Assembly (NCBI GenBank): GCA_019058015.1
Contig: JAHLWH010000197.1
Coordinates: forward strand, 1-26,420
Direction of reading: 5' to 3'
DNA length: 26,420 nt
DNA from: Promethearchaeota archaeon
GTDB taxonomy: Archaea > Asgardarchaeota > Lokiarchaeia > Sigyniarchaeales > SOKP01
Position numbers and translations under genes: made by a program. The notes beneath the pieces were generated by a model. That model searched no databases. It saw nothing but the letters and a program-made list of their open reading frames with translations, and was not told the origin of the DNA. The number at the start of each line of letters is the position of its first letter. The stretch's first letter is position 1. Below, piece after piece: positions 7,260 through 15,629 of this stretch.

Positions 7260-8039
7260 ATGGAATCAAATATTGATAAAAAATCGGAAATTACCATAGT
7301 TGATAAATCGGTTTCTCTTGAAGAAGAAAAGGAGCCAGAGAAAGTGAATATGAAGGCGGTGGCTGGTGATTTACTTTATGGGGCTTTAAAATATATTGGC
7401 GGTTCTGCGTTAATGCTATTTAACGATTTAACAATTAATGGGAATGAGAATATTCCGTTGTTCGGGAAAGCAATTCTTACAACAATTAGTAAAAATGTAA
7501 TGCTTGATATGCTTATTATAAGTCAAGTGTCTGGGAGAAAGATACATTTTATGTTACACCCAAAACTCATAAAAAATCCTGTTGCTGGGCCAGTTTTAAA
7601 GATGTTAGGAATGTTTCGAAGTACAGAGAATAAGGAAGATATAGAACCGGTAGAAAAGGTTTTTGATTATTTAAACAAAAAGGGTGATCTTGTAGCGATG
7701 ACGCCTGAGGCAAAATTAACTGACGAAGTGCAACTCAAGTCAATAGCAGCTATTATAAAGTTTGCAGTTGCTGCTGATGCGCCAATTATTCCGATTGCAA
7801 TATACACCGAACAAAAGACCCTATTTAACATTATTCCTAGTACTAGGCTAAAAATGAAGATTGGTACTCCAATTAATTTCGATAAAAAATTGAATAAGGA
7901 TAAATTTAGAGACGAAAGATATAAACAGGCAGCGGAAATCATAAAGATCATTGATATTCTTCGACTTGAAGGCAAGGAAGAATCCGAAAGAGAAGAAAGA
8001 GAAAGAGAAAAAGAAAAAGAAGAAAAGAAAAATCAGTAA
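7260..8039 (+). CDS. PlsC-like acyltransferase-fold protein with degenerate catalytic motifs
   Basis: GNENIP, IHFMLHPKLIKNP, LGMFRS, APIIPIAI and KIGTPI match the PlsC scaffold. NHxxxxD reads TISKNVMLD (no His) and FPEGTR reads TPEAKL. SD GAGGT at 7247-7251. Confidence 0.75.
   Translation: MESNIDKKSEITIVDKSVSLEEEKEPEKVNMKAVAGDLLYGALKYIGGSALMLFNDLTINGNENIPLFGKAILTTISKNVMLDMLIISQVSGRKIHFMLHPKLIKNPVAGPVLKMLGMFRSTENKEDIEPVEKVFDYLNKKGDLVAMTPEAKLTDEVQLKSIAAIIKFAVAADAPIIPIAIYTEQKTLFNIIPSTRLKMKIGTPINFDKKLNKDKFRDERYKQAAEIIKIIDILRLEGKEESEREEREREKEKEEKKNQ
7986..8032 (+). repeat. Purine-only low-complexity GAAAGA/GAAAAA tract encoding the charged tail EREEREREKEKEEKK
   Basis: 47 consecutive purines at the 3' end of the PlsC-like gene. 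Confidence 0.7.
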
Positions 8040-8089
8040 GATAAATTTTAAAATTTTTTAAATTCTATTTTTTTTATAATAATTAATTC
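8040..8089. terminator. Probable archaeal T-tract terminator region between convergent genes
   Basis: T-rich tracts (tttttt, ttttttttt) directly after the 8039 stop and before the convergent FAH stop. Confidence 0.4.
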
Positions 8090-8773
8090 TTATTTTTCAC
8101 CTTCTAATATTACAGGGTTTGATAACGTGCCAATTTTTTCGATTGTTGCTTCAATTAGGTCTCCGGGTTTAATTGGACTTATTCCGCTTGGAGTGCCAGT
8201 TGCGATTATATCGTCTGGTTCCATTGTAAAAAACTTACTTATATAATGTAAGATTTCTGGAACATTGAATAGAAGATTTTTAGTGTTTGAAAATTGTTTT
8301 ATTTCTCCATTTAGTTTTAATTCAATCTTCAAGTTATGGGGATCTGAAATTGTATTTGTATCAACAATTCTTGGGCCTATTGGTCCAAATGTATCGAGGC
8401 TTTTTGAGCGAAACCATGGTTTGTTTGAGGTATAATCCTTTATTTGCATTTTACGGGCGGTTACATCATTAAATATTGTGTATCCTAAGATATGGTCGTA
8501 TGCATCTTCAATAGTAACATTTTTGCATTTATCCTTTATAATAAAAGCCAGTTCTACTTCATAATCTACTCGATTATATTTTCGATTTTCATATAACATT
8601 TTAGGATATACAATTGGTTCTTTGTTTTGGATTAGGCAATTTAAAGATTTTGTGAATAATACGGGTTCAGTGGGCAGGGCTTGTCCAGGTCTCGTTTCTT
8701 CGATGTGATCTTTATAATTGAGACCTAAGCATATTATTTTTGTAGGGTTTATCTCAATGTCTCCAATTAACAT
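8090..8773 (-). CDS. Fumarylacetoacetate hydrolase (FAH) family protein
   Basis: KIICLGLNYKDH, PVLFTK, DYEVELA, GYTIFNDVTAR, KSLDTFGPIGP, DIIATGTPSG. Confidence 0.95.
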   Translation of the reverse strand: MLIGDIEINPTKIICLGLNYKDHIEETRPGQALPTEPVLFTKSLNCLIQNKEPIVYPKMLYENRKYNRVDYEVELAFIIKDKCKNVTIEDAYDHILGYTIFNDVTARKMQIKDYTSNKPWFRSKSLDTFGPIGPRIVDTNTISDPHNLKIELKLNGEIKQFSNTKNLLFNVPEILHYISKFFTMEPDDIIATGTPSGISPIKPGDLIEATIEKIGTLSNPVILEGEK

Positions 8774-8945
8774 AAATACTCATAATTTTCTGAAATTAAA
8801 ATACTTTCTGTCTAAAAAAAGAGCAAGATATGCATTATTAAAATTTTTTAATTATCAAAATTTGTTTATTTCGAACTAACCTATAAGTATAAAAGCTAAT
8901 ATTTTTACTATATTAATTGGCAAAAAAAAAATAAGGGCGTGAAAA

Positions 8946-9298
8946 TTGGAAAGATATTGTAATAAATGTAAAGAAAATGTGGTACCTAAATCTGCAGATT
9001 TCAATGCTGAGGTCTTAACCCTTCTATTTTGTAGTACTTGGTTTTTATGGATTCTTTATTTAATTTATTATGTCTTAAAAGCACCTGTCTGTCCAATTTG
9101 TGGTGATACTTCTTTTTCCGTAGTTCAGCTAGAAGTAATTGCTCCAATTTCTCAACCAGTACCCCAAAAAATCTTATAACAGCCCCCAAAATTACGGGTG
9201 ATATTGCTTCTAAAAAGGAGTATAAGTTTTGTCCTCTATGTGGAGCTGAAATATCATCTGAAGTAATTTATTGCTCCAGTTGTGGAACTAAAATATAA
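8946..9298 (+). CDS. LITAF-like zinc-ribbon membrane protein with a C-terminal double-CxxC zinc ribbon, interrupted by a frameshift (error, pseudogene or slippage)
   Basis: The 0 frame (8946-9179) has YCNKC, a hydrophobic segment and CPICG. The -1 frame continues NLITAPKITGDIASKKEYKFCPLCGAEISSEVIYCSSCGTKI* to TAA at 9296-9298. An A6 run lies at 9166-9171. Confidence 0.75.
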
Positions 9299-9315
9299 AT
9301 TCTTTTTTTTCATTT

Positions 9316-9846
9316 TTACTCAATATTTTCCATTTTAAAATTACCTTGTTCATTAAAGAAACTCATACCAGGGCACTTATTCCAATCAGCTTTATATTCA
9401 CAGCGTTTGCATATTCTATAAGTTCCGTATCCATGGTACGCATTTAATATGGTTAGTATTATGATAAAAGTTATTCCAAATATTATAAAATTGACGCTAT
9501 ATGGATTTGGTGAGTTAAATATACTCCAAAAAAGAAAACCTGCTCCAAGTCCGATTGAAATCTTAGATATAATTTTAATGGATTTTCTTTTTGTTAAGCC
9601 AAATAAACTGAGCAAAAAACTGGATAATAAAATAATTGAAATTATTAACAAATCCATATGTGTTAAAATATTGAATAATCCTGTAAATGGTAAGGAAATA
9701 ATTGTAATTATTGCAGTTGGGTATCCAATAAAGCATCCAATGCAGAAATCTATTCCTTTAATTTTAAATGTATGTCCTTCAAATTTTTCACATAATGGAT
9801 GGTGCCTTAATAAAAGCGGTTTTGCTGAATTGAATGCTGTTTTCAT
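9316..9846 (-). CDS. Predicted 4-TM membrane protein with Cys/His motifs (DUF2085-like)
   Basis: HHPLC...FCIGC at the N-terminus, four hydrophobic helices, and CKRC...KCPG at the C-terminus. Confidence 0.7.
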   Translation of the reverse strand: MKTAFNSAKPLLLRHHPLCEKFEGHTFKIKGIDFCIGCFIGYPTAIITIISLPFTGLFNILTHMDLLIISIILLSSFLLSLFGLTKRKSIKIISKISIGLGAGFLFWSIFNSPNPYSVNFIIFGITFIIILTILNAYHGYGTYRICKRCEYKADWNKCPGMSFFNEQGNFKMENIE

Positions 9847-9970
9847 TCTTTGTTTAATTGATAATTTTGATTTTTTTTCATTATAGGAACTCGGATTAGA
9901 AGTAATAATTGATAGCCTCGTATAAAAGTTCGTGATGAAAGTGTTATTTCATAATAGAATAATAATAGAA

Positions 9971-11101
9971 TTAAATTTTTTTTTTTAAATTATTTGCTTG
10001 TTCTTCGAAATATTTATTAGTGTAAGAAAAAAATTTTGTATATCCTTCACAAAAGTATGTTTTCTCTGGATGTGGATTATCCGGGAAAAATCCATCTTTG
10101 AGACATCCACCGAAACACAATTTTTTCCATTCACATTCCGAGCAATCTTGAGGAAGCTGTTCTTTTTGAAAAGCAAATATAGCATTTCGTTTTTCAATTA
10201 ATTCCGTAAAATTATTATGTAAAATATTCCCTAATTTGTATTTTTCATAGACGAAGAAATCACATGGATAAATATCTCCGTTCCATTCTACAACCATATA
10301 ATTTGCACATTTTTCATCGAGAGCGCAGTATCCTTTTGGATATCCTGAATGACCAGCCAAGGTTGCATCGAAAGTTCTTATTGATGCTTGTCGATTAGAA
10401 TTTATCCACTCATCGTAGAGGTCACATAAAAATTTACCATACTGGGATGCATTAATGCAATAAAATGCTTTTTTTCCAATCTCATCTGCTTCAAGAGCGG
10501 GAATAAACTGTAAGTAATGAAAACCGTTATCAATGAAGAAATTATAAACCTCCCTAACTCGATTAACATTTGCTTTACTTATTACACATAATATATTGAA
10601 TTCTACATTATTTTTTCTTAAGTATTCAGTGGCTTTCATTACTTTTTCCCAAATTGACTTACCGCCAATACTTTTTCTATAACGATCATGGATTTGCTTG
10701 GGTCCATCAAGACTTAAACCAATCAAAAATTGATATTCATTAAAAAATTTTCCCCAATCATCGTTAAGAAGAATTCCATTAGTTTGAAGAGCATTTCCAA
10801 TTACTTGTCCAGACATACCATATTGTTGTTGGAATTCTACAACTTTTTTATAGAAATTAAGCCCAATTAAAGTAGGTTCTCCGCCTTGCCAATTGAAAAC
10901 AGATTCATTAAAACGATATTGCAAGAATTTTGATATTATTCTTTCAAGAACTTTATAATCAATACGAGGGTGTGCATTATCTGAATATAAATCAGCTACT
11001 CTCAAATAAAAACAGTATTTACATCTTAGATTACAATCAAAAGAAACTGGTTTAATTAAAAGTTGGAAAGGTTCCATTATTGATTTAGGTTTTAAATTCA
11101 A
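9971..11101 (-). CDS. Anaerobic sulfatase maturase-type radical SAM/SPASM protein
   Basis: IKPVSFDCNLRCKYCFY, WQGGEPTL, LQTNG, GLSLDGP, QFIP. SPASM CALDEKC...GDIYPCD...CSEC....CFGGC...YFC. Confidence 0.9.
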   Translation of the reverse strand: MNLKPKSIMEPFQLLIKPVSFDCNLRCKYCFYLRVADLYSDNAHPRIDYKVLERIISKFLQYRFNESVFNWQGGEPTLIGLNFYKKVVEFQQQYGMSGQVIGNALQTNGILLNDDWGKFFNEYQFLIGLSLDGPKQIHDRYRKSIGGKSIWEKVMKATEYLRKNNVEFNILCVISKANVNRVREVYNFFIDNGFHYLQFIPALEADEIGKKAFYCINASQYGKFLCDLYDEWINSNRQASIRTFDATLAGHSGYPKGYCALDEKCANYMVVEWNGDIYPCDFFVYEKYKLGNILHNNFTELIEKRNAIFAFQKEQLPQDCSECEWKKLCFGGCLKDGFFPDNPHPEKTYFCEGYTKFFSYTNKYFEEQANNLKKKI

Positions 11102-11121
11102 ATATTGATTTATTTTGTAGT

Positions 11122-11892
11122 TTATTTTTTATTATATTCAATTTCGACAATTTCAACTATTTTTGGGAGGATTTCTGCGATGCTTCCATGTATAATTACG
11201 AGACATTGATGGTCAATATTTGTTTTTTCTCTATTTATTATGCCTAATTTGGCATCAACGTTTAAAGCTTTATATGGTAAAAAATTTGCTGGTGATACTA
11301 AAAGACTTGTTCCAAGTATTAACATCAAATCACAATTTTTGATAAGTTTATCGGCTCTTTCAAGCGCTTCCGCAGGCAATTGTTCTCCAAAAAAAACTGC
11401 ATTTGGCTTTAAAACACCACCACAATCAGGACATTTTGTTGATTTTGCATCAGAATGCAGTAATTGATTAACAAGAGTTGTTATAGGATGTATTTTTCCA
11501 CATTTCCCCATGCATTTTGCTTCGTTTATAGTACCGTGTAATTCAATTACATTTTTAGTATGAGCTCTTTTATGTAGGCCATCAATATTTTGAGTCATTA
11601 TTCCATTTAATTTTCCCATTTTTTGCAATTTTGTCAGGCTTTTATGGCCTGCATTTGGTCTGGCTTTAATCATATTAAGACCCATTTCTAACATCGTCTG
11701 ATAGAACGCAGTTGGATCTCGCGTAAAAGTCGATATATCTGCAAATGAAGGATCCATTCGCTCCCACAATCCTGTGCCGGGACTACGAAAATCCGGAATA
11801 CCGCTTTCTGTGGACATCCCCGCTCCAGTAAGCGCTACTATATTCTCAGATTCAAGTATTAATTCAGCAAATTTTTGAATTTTTTCTTTCAT
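11122..11892 (-). CDS. cobB: NAD-dependent protein deacylase (Sir2/CobB sirtuin)
   Basis: TGAGMSTESGIPDFR, TQNIDGLH, ELHG, CMGKC...CPDC zinc site, KPNAVFFGE, GTSLLVSP, IINRE. Confidence 0.95.
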   Translation of the reverse strand: MKEKIQKFAELILESENIVALTGAGMSTESGIPDFRSPGTGLWERMDPSFADISTFTRDPTAFYQTMLEMGLNMIKARPNAGHKSLTKLQKMGKLNGIMTQNIDGLHKRAHTKNVIELHGTINEAKCMGKCGKIHPITTLVNQLLHSDAKSTKCPDCGGVLKPNAVFFGEQLPAEALERADKLIKNCDLMLILGTSLLVSPANFLPYKALNVDAKLGIINREKTNIDHQCLVIIHGSIAEILPKIVEIVEIEYNKK

Positions 11893-11974
11893 TTCTTTTC
11901 AATGCATTCTTTTGGAATTTAATTAAATTATATTAGTTAATATCTTAAATAAATATTGTAATAATGAATAAGGT

Positions 11975-14463
11975 TTAAATTTTAAAAGTTCGAATTTTCC
12001 AAGGATTAACTTTATCTATTCGATTTTTTTTAGATCCTATTTCATTGTAATTAAAATTAATTTCTCTTAGTTGATTTCTAATTAATACTCCTTCAAATTG
12101 GACATTATTTTGTTTATCACTTGGATTAAATACTCGTAAATAGGTATTATTTTTTCGTCTCCATAAGTTAATGAGTGTAACTGGTTGGTTTATTGTAAGA
12201 AATGACATAGATTTCTTTTCAAATTTATAATTATTATTAATTCCTATCCCCAATAATTTAAATTGGAATGAATTTGCATAGTTTAAGGCGGAATGTAAAT
12301 CAGCCTCATTAGTAATTGATAAAGCAAATTCAAATCTTCCTTTGGCAGTTATGAAATTTCGTATTTTGAAATTATAACGGTCAATATGGAATTTCTGACT
12401 ATTTTTTTGTATGAAAATAATTCCTTCTTTTTTTCCTTTTAACCATAGAAAGTCTAACGTCTTAATATTTGTTCTTTTTGTCTCTTCGATGCCAAATGGA
12501 TAATTAATAAAAGATTTTAAAATCTCAATTTTGGGAATAAGTATTATTTCTCTTAATGAATTGGAATCCAAATTGAGTTCAAGTCTATTCACACCGATAT
12601 ATTGAATAATTTCAATTTGGAAAGCTTTTTCATCTAATTCTCCTGTCAATATGAATTTTTCTTCAATATTATCTTTATAATGCATTTTTATTGATAGGTT
12701 GTAATCAAATTTTGATTGAAATTTTAATTCACATACATTTTTATCCTTATATTTTATTTCAATTGTCTTAAGATCTTCCAGAATTTTCAATTTATAAAAA
12801 TAATCTGTATTTGGTTGAGAAATTTTAGCATTTTGTTGGGTTAGTGAATATATTTTGAAACCTATTCCTGGGACTTCAGCCATAAATTTCAAGGTAGAAT
12901 TGTGATATTGAAAGGGAATTTCTTCATTATCTTCAATAAGTGTCATTTTGGAAGGATCTTCTAACGATAATTGAATTGAAAAGGCATCTCGTCTCGGGAT
13001 TGCCGTCGGGTTGAATATTAAAAAATTGATATCATTGTTTTTAATAACTTTAGTTTTTGAGCCCAATTTTTCTGCCAATTTAGAAAGAGCTTCACAAGAA
13101 TAATCTCTACATCGATTTTGGATTTCAGTTTGTAATTTAAGGCTTAATTCAGAAATTGAAATTTTATCATTTTTTATCTCTAATTTATGAAACTCTTCAC
13201 GACTCAATTGTTGAGCAGAGTAGTCTCCTGACCGTATAAATGGAACTGAATAATTATCATGAGCTTGAGTAAGCAATAGTTTCTTCCACAAATTATCAAA
13301 AAACGAATCAATTGATGCTTCATCAAATAACCCTAAAATGCAATTTAAAATCTCGGCAGATAATAAACTAATCTCACATTTTTTATTATTAAGGAATAGT
13401 TCATTTGAAACAAAGATACTATCTGCTAATACGAAATTATCAAGGCTGAATTTGAACTCTCCATCCTTTTCAAATTTTTGAAAAAATTCAGAACATATAA
13501 TGAATTTTCCAAAGATTTCTGAAAATCTGGAAAGCCTCCAAATTTCTTCTTGATAAGGTTGGGGCATTATAAAATCTTCAATAGAAGAATACACAATGTA
13601 TTTCATAAAAGGACGCGAGACAGATTGAAATAGGAGGTTTGGAATTTCTCTGAAGAATGTTCCATGCCAATATTCTCCATTAAAGACTCCAGATTGCTCT
13701 GTGATTGTACTTATTTTTGTTCATCTAAACCTATCCAATCGATATTTCCAGAGGGAGTAGTGGGATTTAATCCAATAAGCCGCGTCCTTAAAGAACCAAA
13801 TTCAATTTCAAATCCTTTTAAAATTTGTGGGATTTGAGGATGTAACGAGCTTTCTGAACAATAATAAATGTTACAATCTAATCCTAGTTGTTTTAATATA
13901 TTTAGTCCGTATTCAAATTGCTTAATATTCGATTCTGCACCAATAATTAGGTTATACGGTTGTGAATAAGTAGGATTAATTATCTCAAACCTGCCGAGTT
14001 TAAACCTTTTTAAAAATTCCGAGATTTTTTCGGGATATTTTTTATTCAACCATTCAAAACAACTTATTGCAATTTCAATATGATAAGGCATGTTGGTTTT
14101 AATTGCAAGTTTCATTTTTTCTAATAAGCGATTTATTGCAAATTTTGGAAAGTCAAATTCACAGAAACCAATATCGTTGATTATTACGCCTCCATGCCCT
14201 CCAATAATGAAAAATAACTCCGGATGGAATTCTCGCTTGATAATTAACTTTAATTTTCTTAAAATAGTCTTAAATAAATTGTATTTCGATTTAATATCTT
14301 TATCTTTTATACTTTTTAAATCATTTACCTTTTCTTTAATCTTCTTAAAATTAATTTTATACTTCTTAATTGGATTTTTATCGGAAAAATCTTTAATTAA
14401 ATCAATAACTTTATCAAGGGCTAAAATATCTTCAAAATACATCTTTGAATTGATATTTTTCAT
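11975..14463 (-). pseudogene. Divergent glycoside hydrolase family 38 (alpha-mannosidase-like) protein split by a single-base frameshift near 13722 (pseudogene or assembly error)
   Basis: ORFs 13711-14463 and 11975-13606 join if one base is added: GAT G[G]A ACA AAA ATA restores WIGLDGTKISTITEQSGVFNGEYWHGTFFREIPNLLFQSVSRPF-MKY. GH38-like motifs are GRFEII, ESNIKQFEYG, PQIPQIL, LLTQAHD, FNPTAIPRR, EVPGIG and LRVFNP. Confidence 0.7.
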
Positions 14464-14534
14464 TAGATAATAATAGAGAAATCAATTTTAAAAAATTTGA
14501 GAATGAAAGAAAAAGAAAAGCAATATAAAATGAT

Positions 14535-14933
14535 TTATGCTTTAAATTGTAAAAGAATAGGTTTCATTTGTTCGTACTTCATTGCACCTTCAACTTTTTT
14601 AATTATATTTCCGCCCTTTATAAATAATGTTGTGGGAACTGCACTAATTCCAAAATTTATCGCAATATCTCGAGCCTCATCGACATCAACTTTCGTAAAA
14701 ATAAAATCCATTTTAAATTCTTTTTGAAGTTGTTCAAAAATAGGGGAAAACCATTTGCATGGACCACACCAGACAGCAGAACAATCAATAATAACTATTT
14801 TATTCGGATATTGGTTAAACACCTTGGATAATTCTTGATAATTTTTAAGATGTAAAACGTCATTTGGCATTTTAAGCATTTTTTTCAATAGTTCTTCCTT
14901 CTTTTTACGAATATCATCTAATTCTTTATCCAT
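14535..14933 (-). CDS. trxA: Thioredoxin
   Basis: AVWCGPCK, KVDVDE, ISAVPT (cis-Pro), with an archaeal-type N-terminal helix MDKELDDIRKKK. Confidence 0.95.
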   Translation of the reverse strand: MDKELDDIRKKKEELLKKMLKMPNDVLHLKNYQELSKVFNQYPNKIVIIDCSAVWCGPCKWFSPIFEQLQKEFKMDFIFTKVDVDEARDIAINFGISAVPTTLFIKGGNIIKKVEGAMKYEQMKPILLQFKA

Positions 14934-15140
14934 TTCTTATTCTCTGAAGTTTATTTTTCTTGCAATTATTTACTTTAATTTACAATTTTATTTAAAATTA
15001 TTTTTAATAAAAATTCATTCTTTTAAGTGAATTTTTTTAATATGTTTAAGGCGATATATTTTAGATAACTATTTTCCTCATTTTTTAACTCATATTCAAT
15101 AATTTTAATACCTTTATCAAAGGAATAACGATAATTGTTT

Positions 15141-15182
15141 GTAAGGTTTAAAATGTAATCGTAAGATTTAAAGTATAATCTT
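15141..15182. promoter_or_regulatory. Tandem imperfect 20-bp repeat, each unit quasi-palindromic; candidate operator in the trxA/GYD divergent promoter
   Basis: GTAAGGTTTAAAATGTAATC (15141-15160) and GTAAGATTTAAAGTATAATC (15161-15180) are 17/20 identical. AAGATT-N8-AATCTT lies at 15163-15182. Confidence 0.55.
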
Positions 15183-15197
15183 GCCCACATATATATT

Positions 15198-15491
15198 ATG
15201 CCTATATATATACTTGCAACTAAACTTCAAAATCCTGATCTAGTTAAGAAAAGGAAAGAACAGGGTGAAAAATGGTTAAAGCTAGTTAGAGATAAAGTTC
15301 CAGATATTAAATGGATCGCACATTATGCTATATTAGGTCCTTATGATTTTCTTGATGTTTTTGAAGTGAAAAATGAAAAAGAAGCTGCAAAAGTTTCATT
15401 ACTATCCCGTTCTGCGGGGGCTACCATAGCAGAAAGTTGGACGGCCATTCCATACACAGAATTTCTTGAATTAGCTGAGGACCTGAAATAA
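15198..15491 (+). CDS. GYD domain-containing protein
   Basis: 97 aa; HYAILGPYDFLDVFE, AAKVSL, ESWTAIP. Confidence 0.85.
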   Translation: MPIYILATKLQNPDLVKKRKEQGEKWLKLVRDKVPDIKWIAHYAILGPYDFLDVFEVKNEKEAAKVSLLSRSAGATIAESWTAIPYTEFLELAEDLK

Positions 15492-15629
15492 AACAACACT
15501 TAATAGCGTAAATGTGGTTAGGAATAAATTCATATTCCAAAAAACTTTAAATAATTTAACTTAATTTTAATTCATATTTTCATTTTTAAAAATTTATTTT
15601 GTAACAATCAAAGCGAGTTTTTTTGTAAA

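Noticed and set aside
2625-7975. Antisense ORFs 2625-2837, 3942-4172, 4215-4550, 5254-5439 and 7667-7975
   Set aside because: They lie opposite well-supported genes, have no motifs and show shadow-ORF composition.
9932-9938. C-box-like GTGATGA suggesting a C/D-box sRNA
   Set aside because: There is no matching D box (CTGA) at a suitable distance downstream.
11122-11892. Sir2 as an anti-phage defence effector (Thoeris/DSR type)
   Set aside because: It is a canonical zinc-binding sirtuin deacylase of normal length with no defence partners adjacent.
8287-14727. ORFs 8287-8472, 9001-9189, 9449-9886, 9985-10197, 9998-10201, 11240-11467, 14090-14470 and 14497-14727
   Set aside because: They overlap recognisable genes on the opposite strand or in an alternative frame, with no independent evidence.
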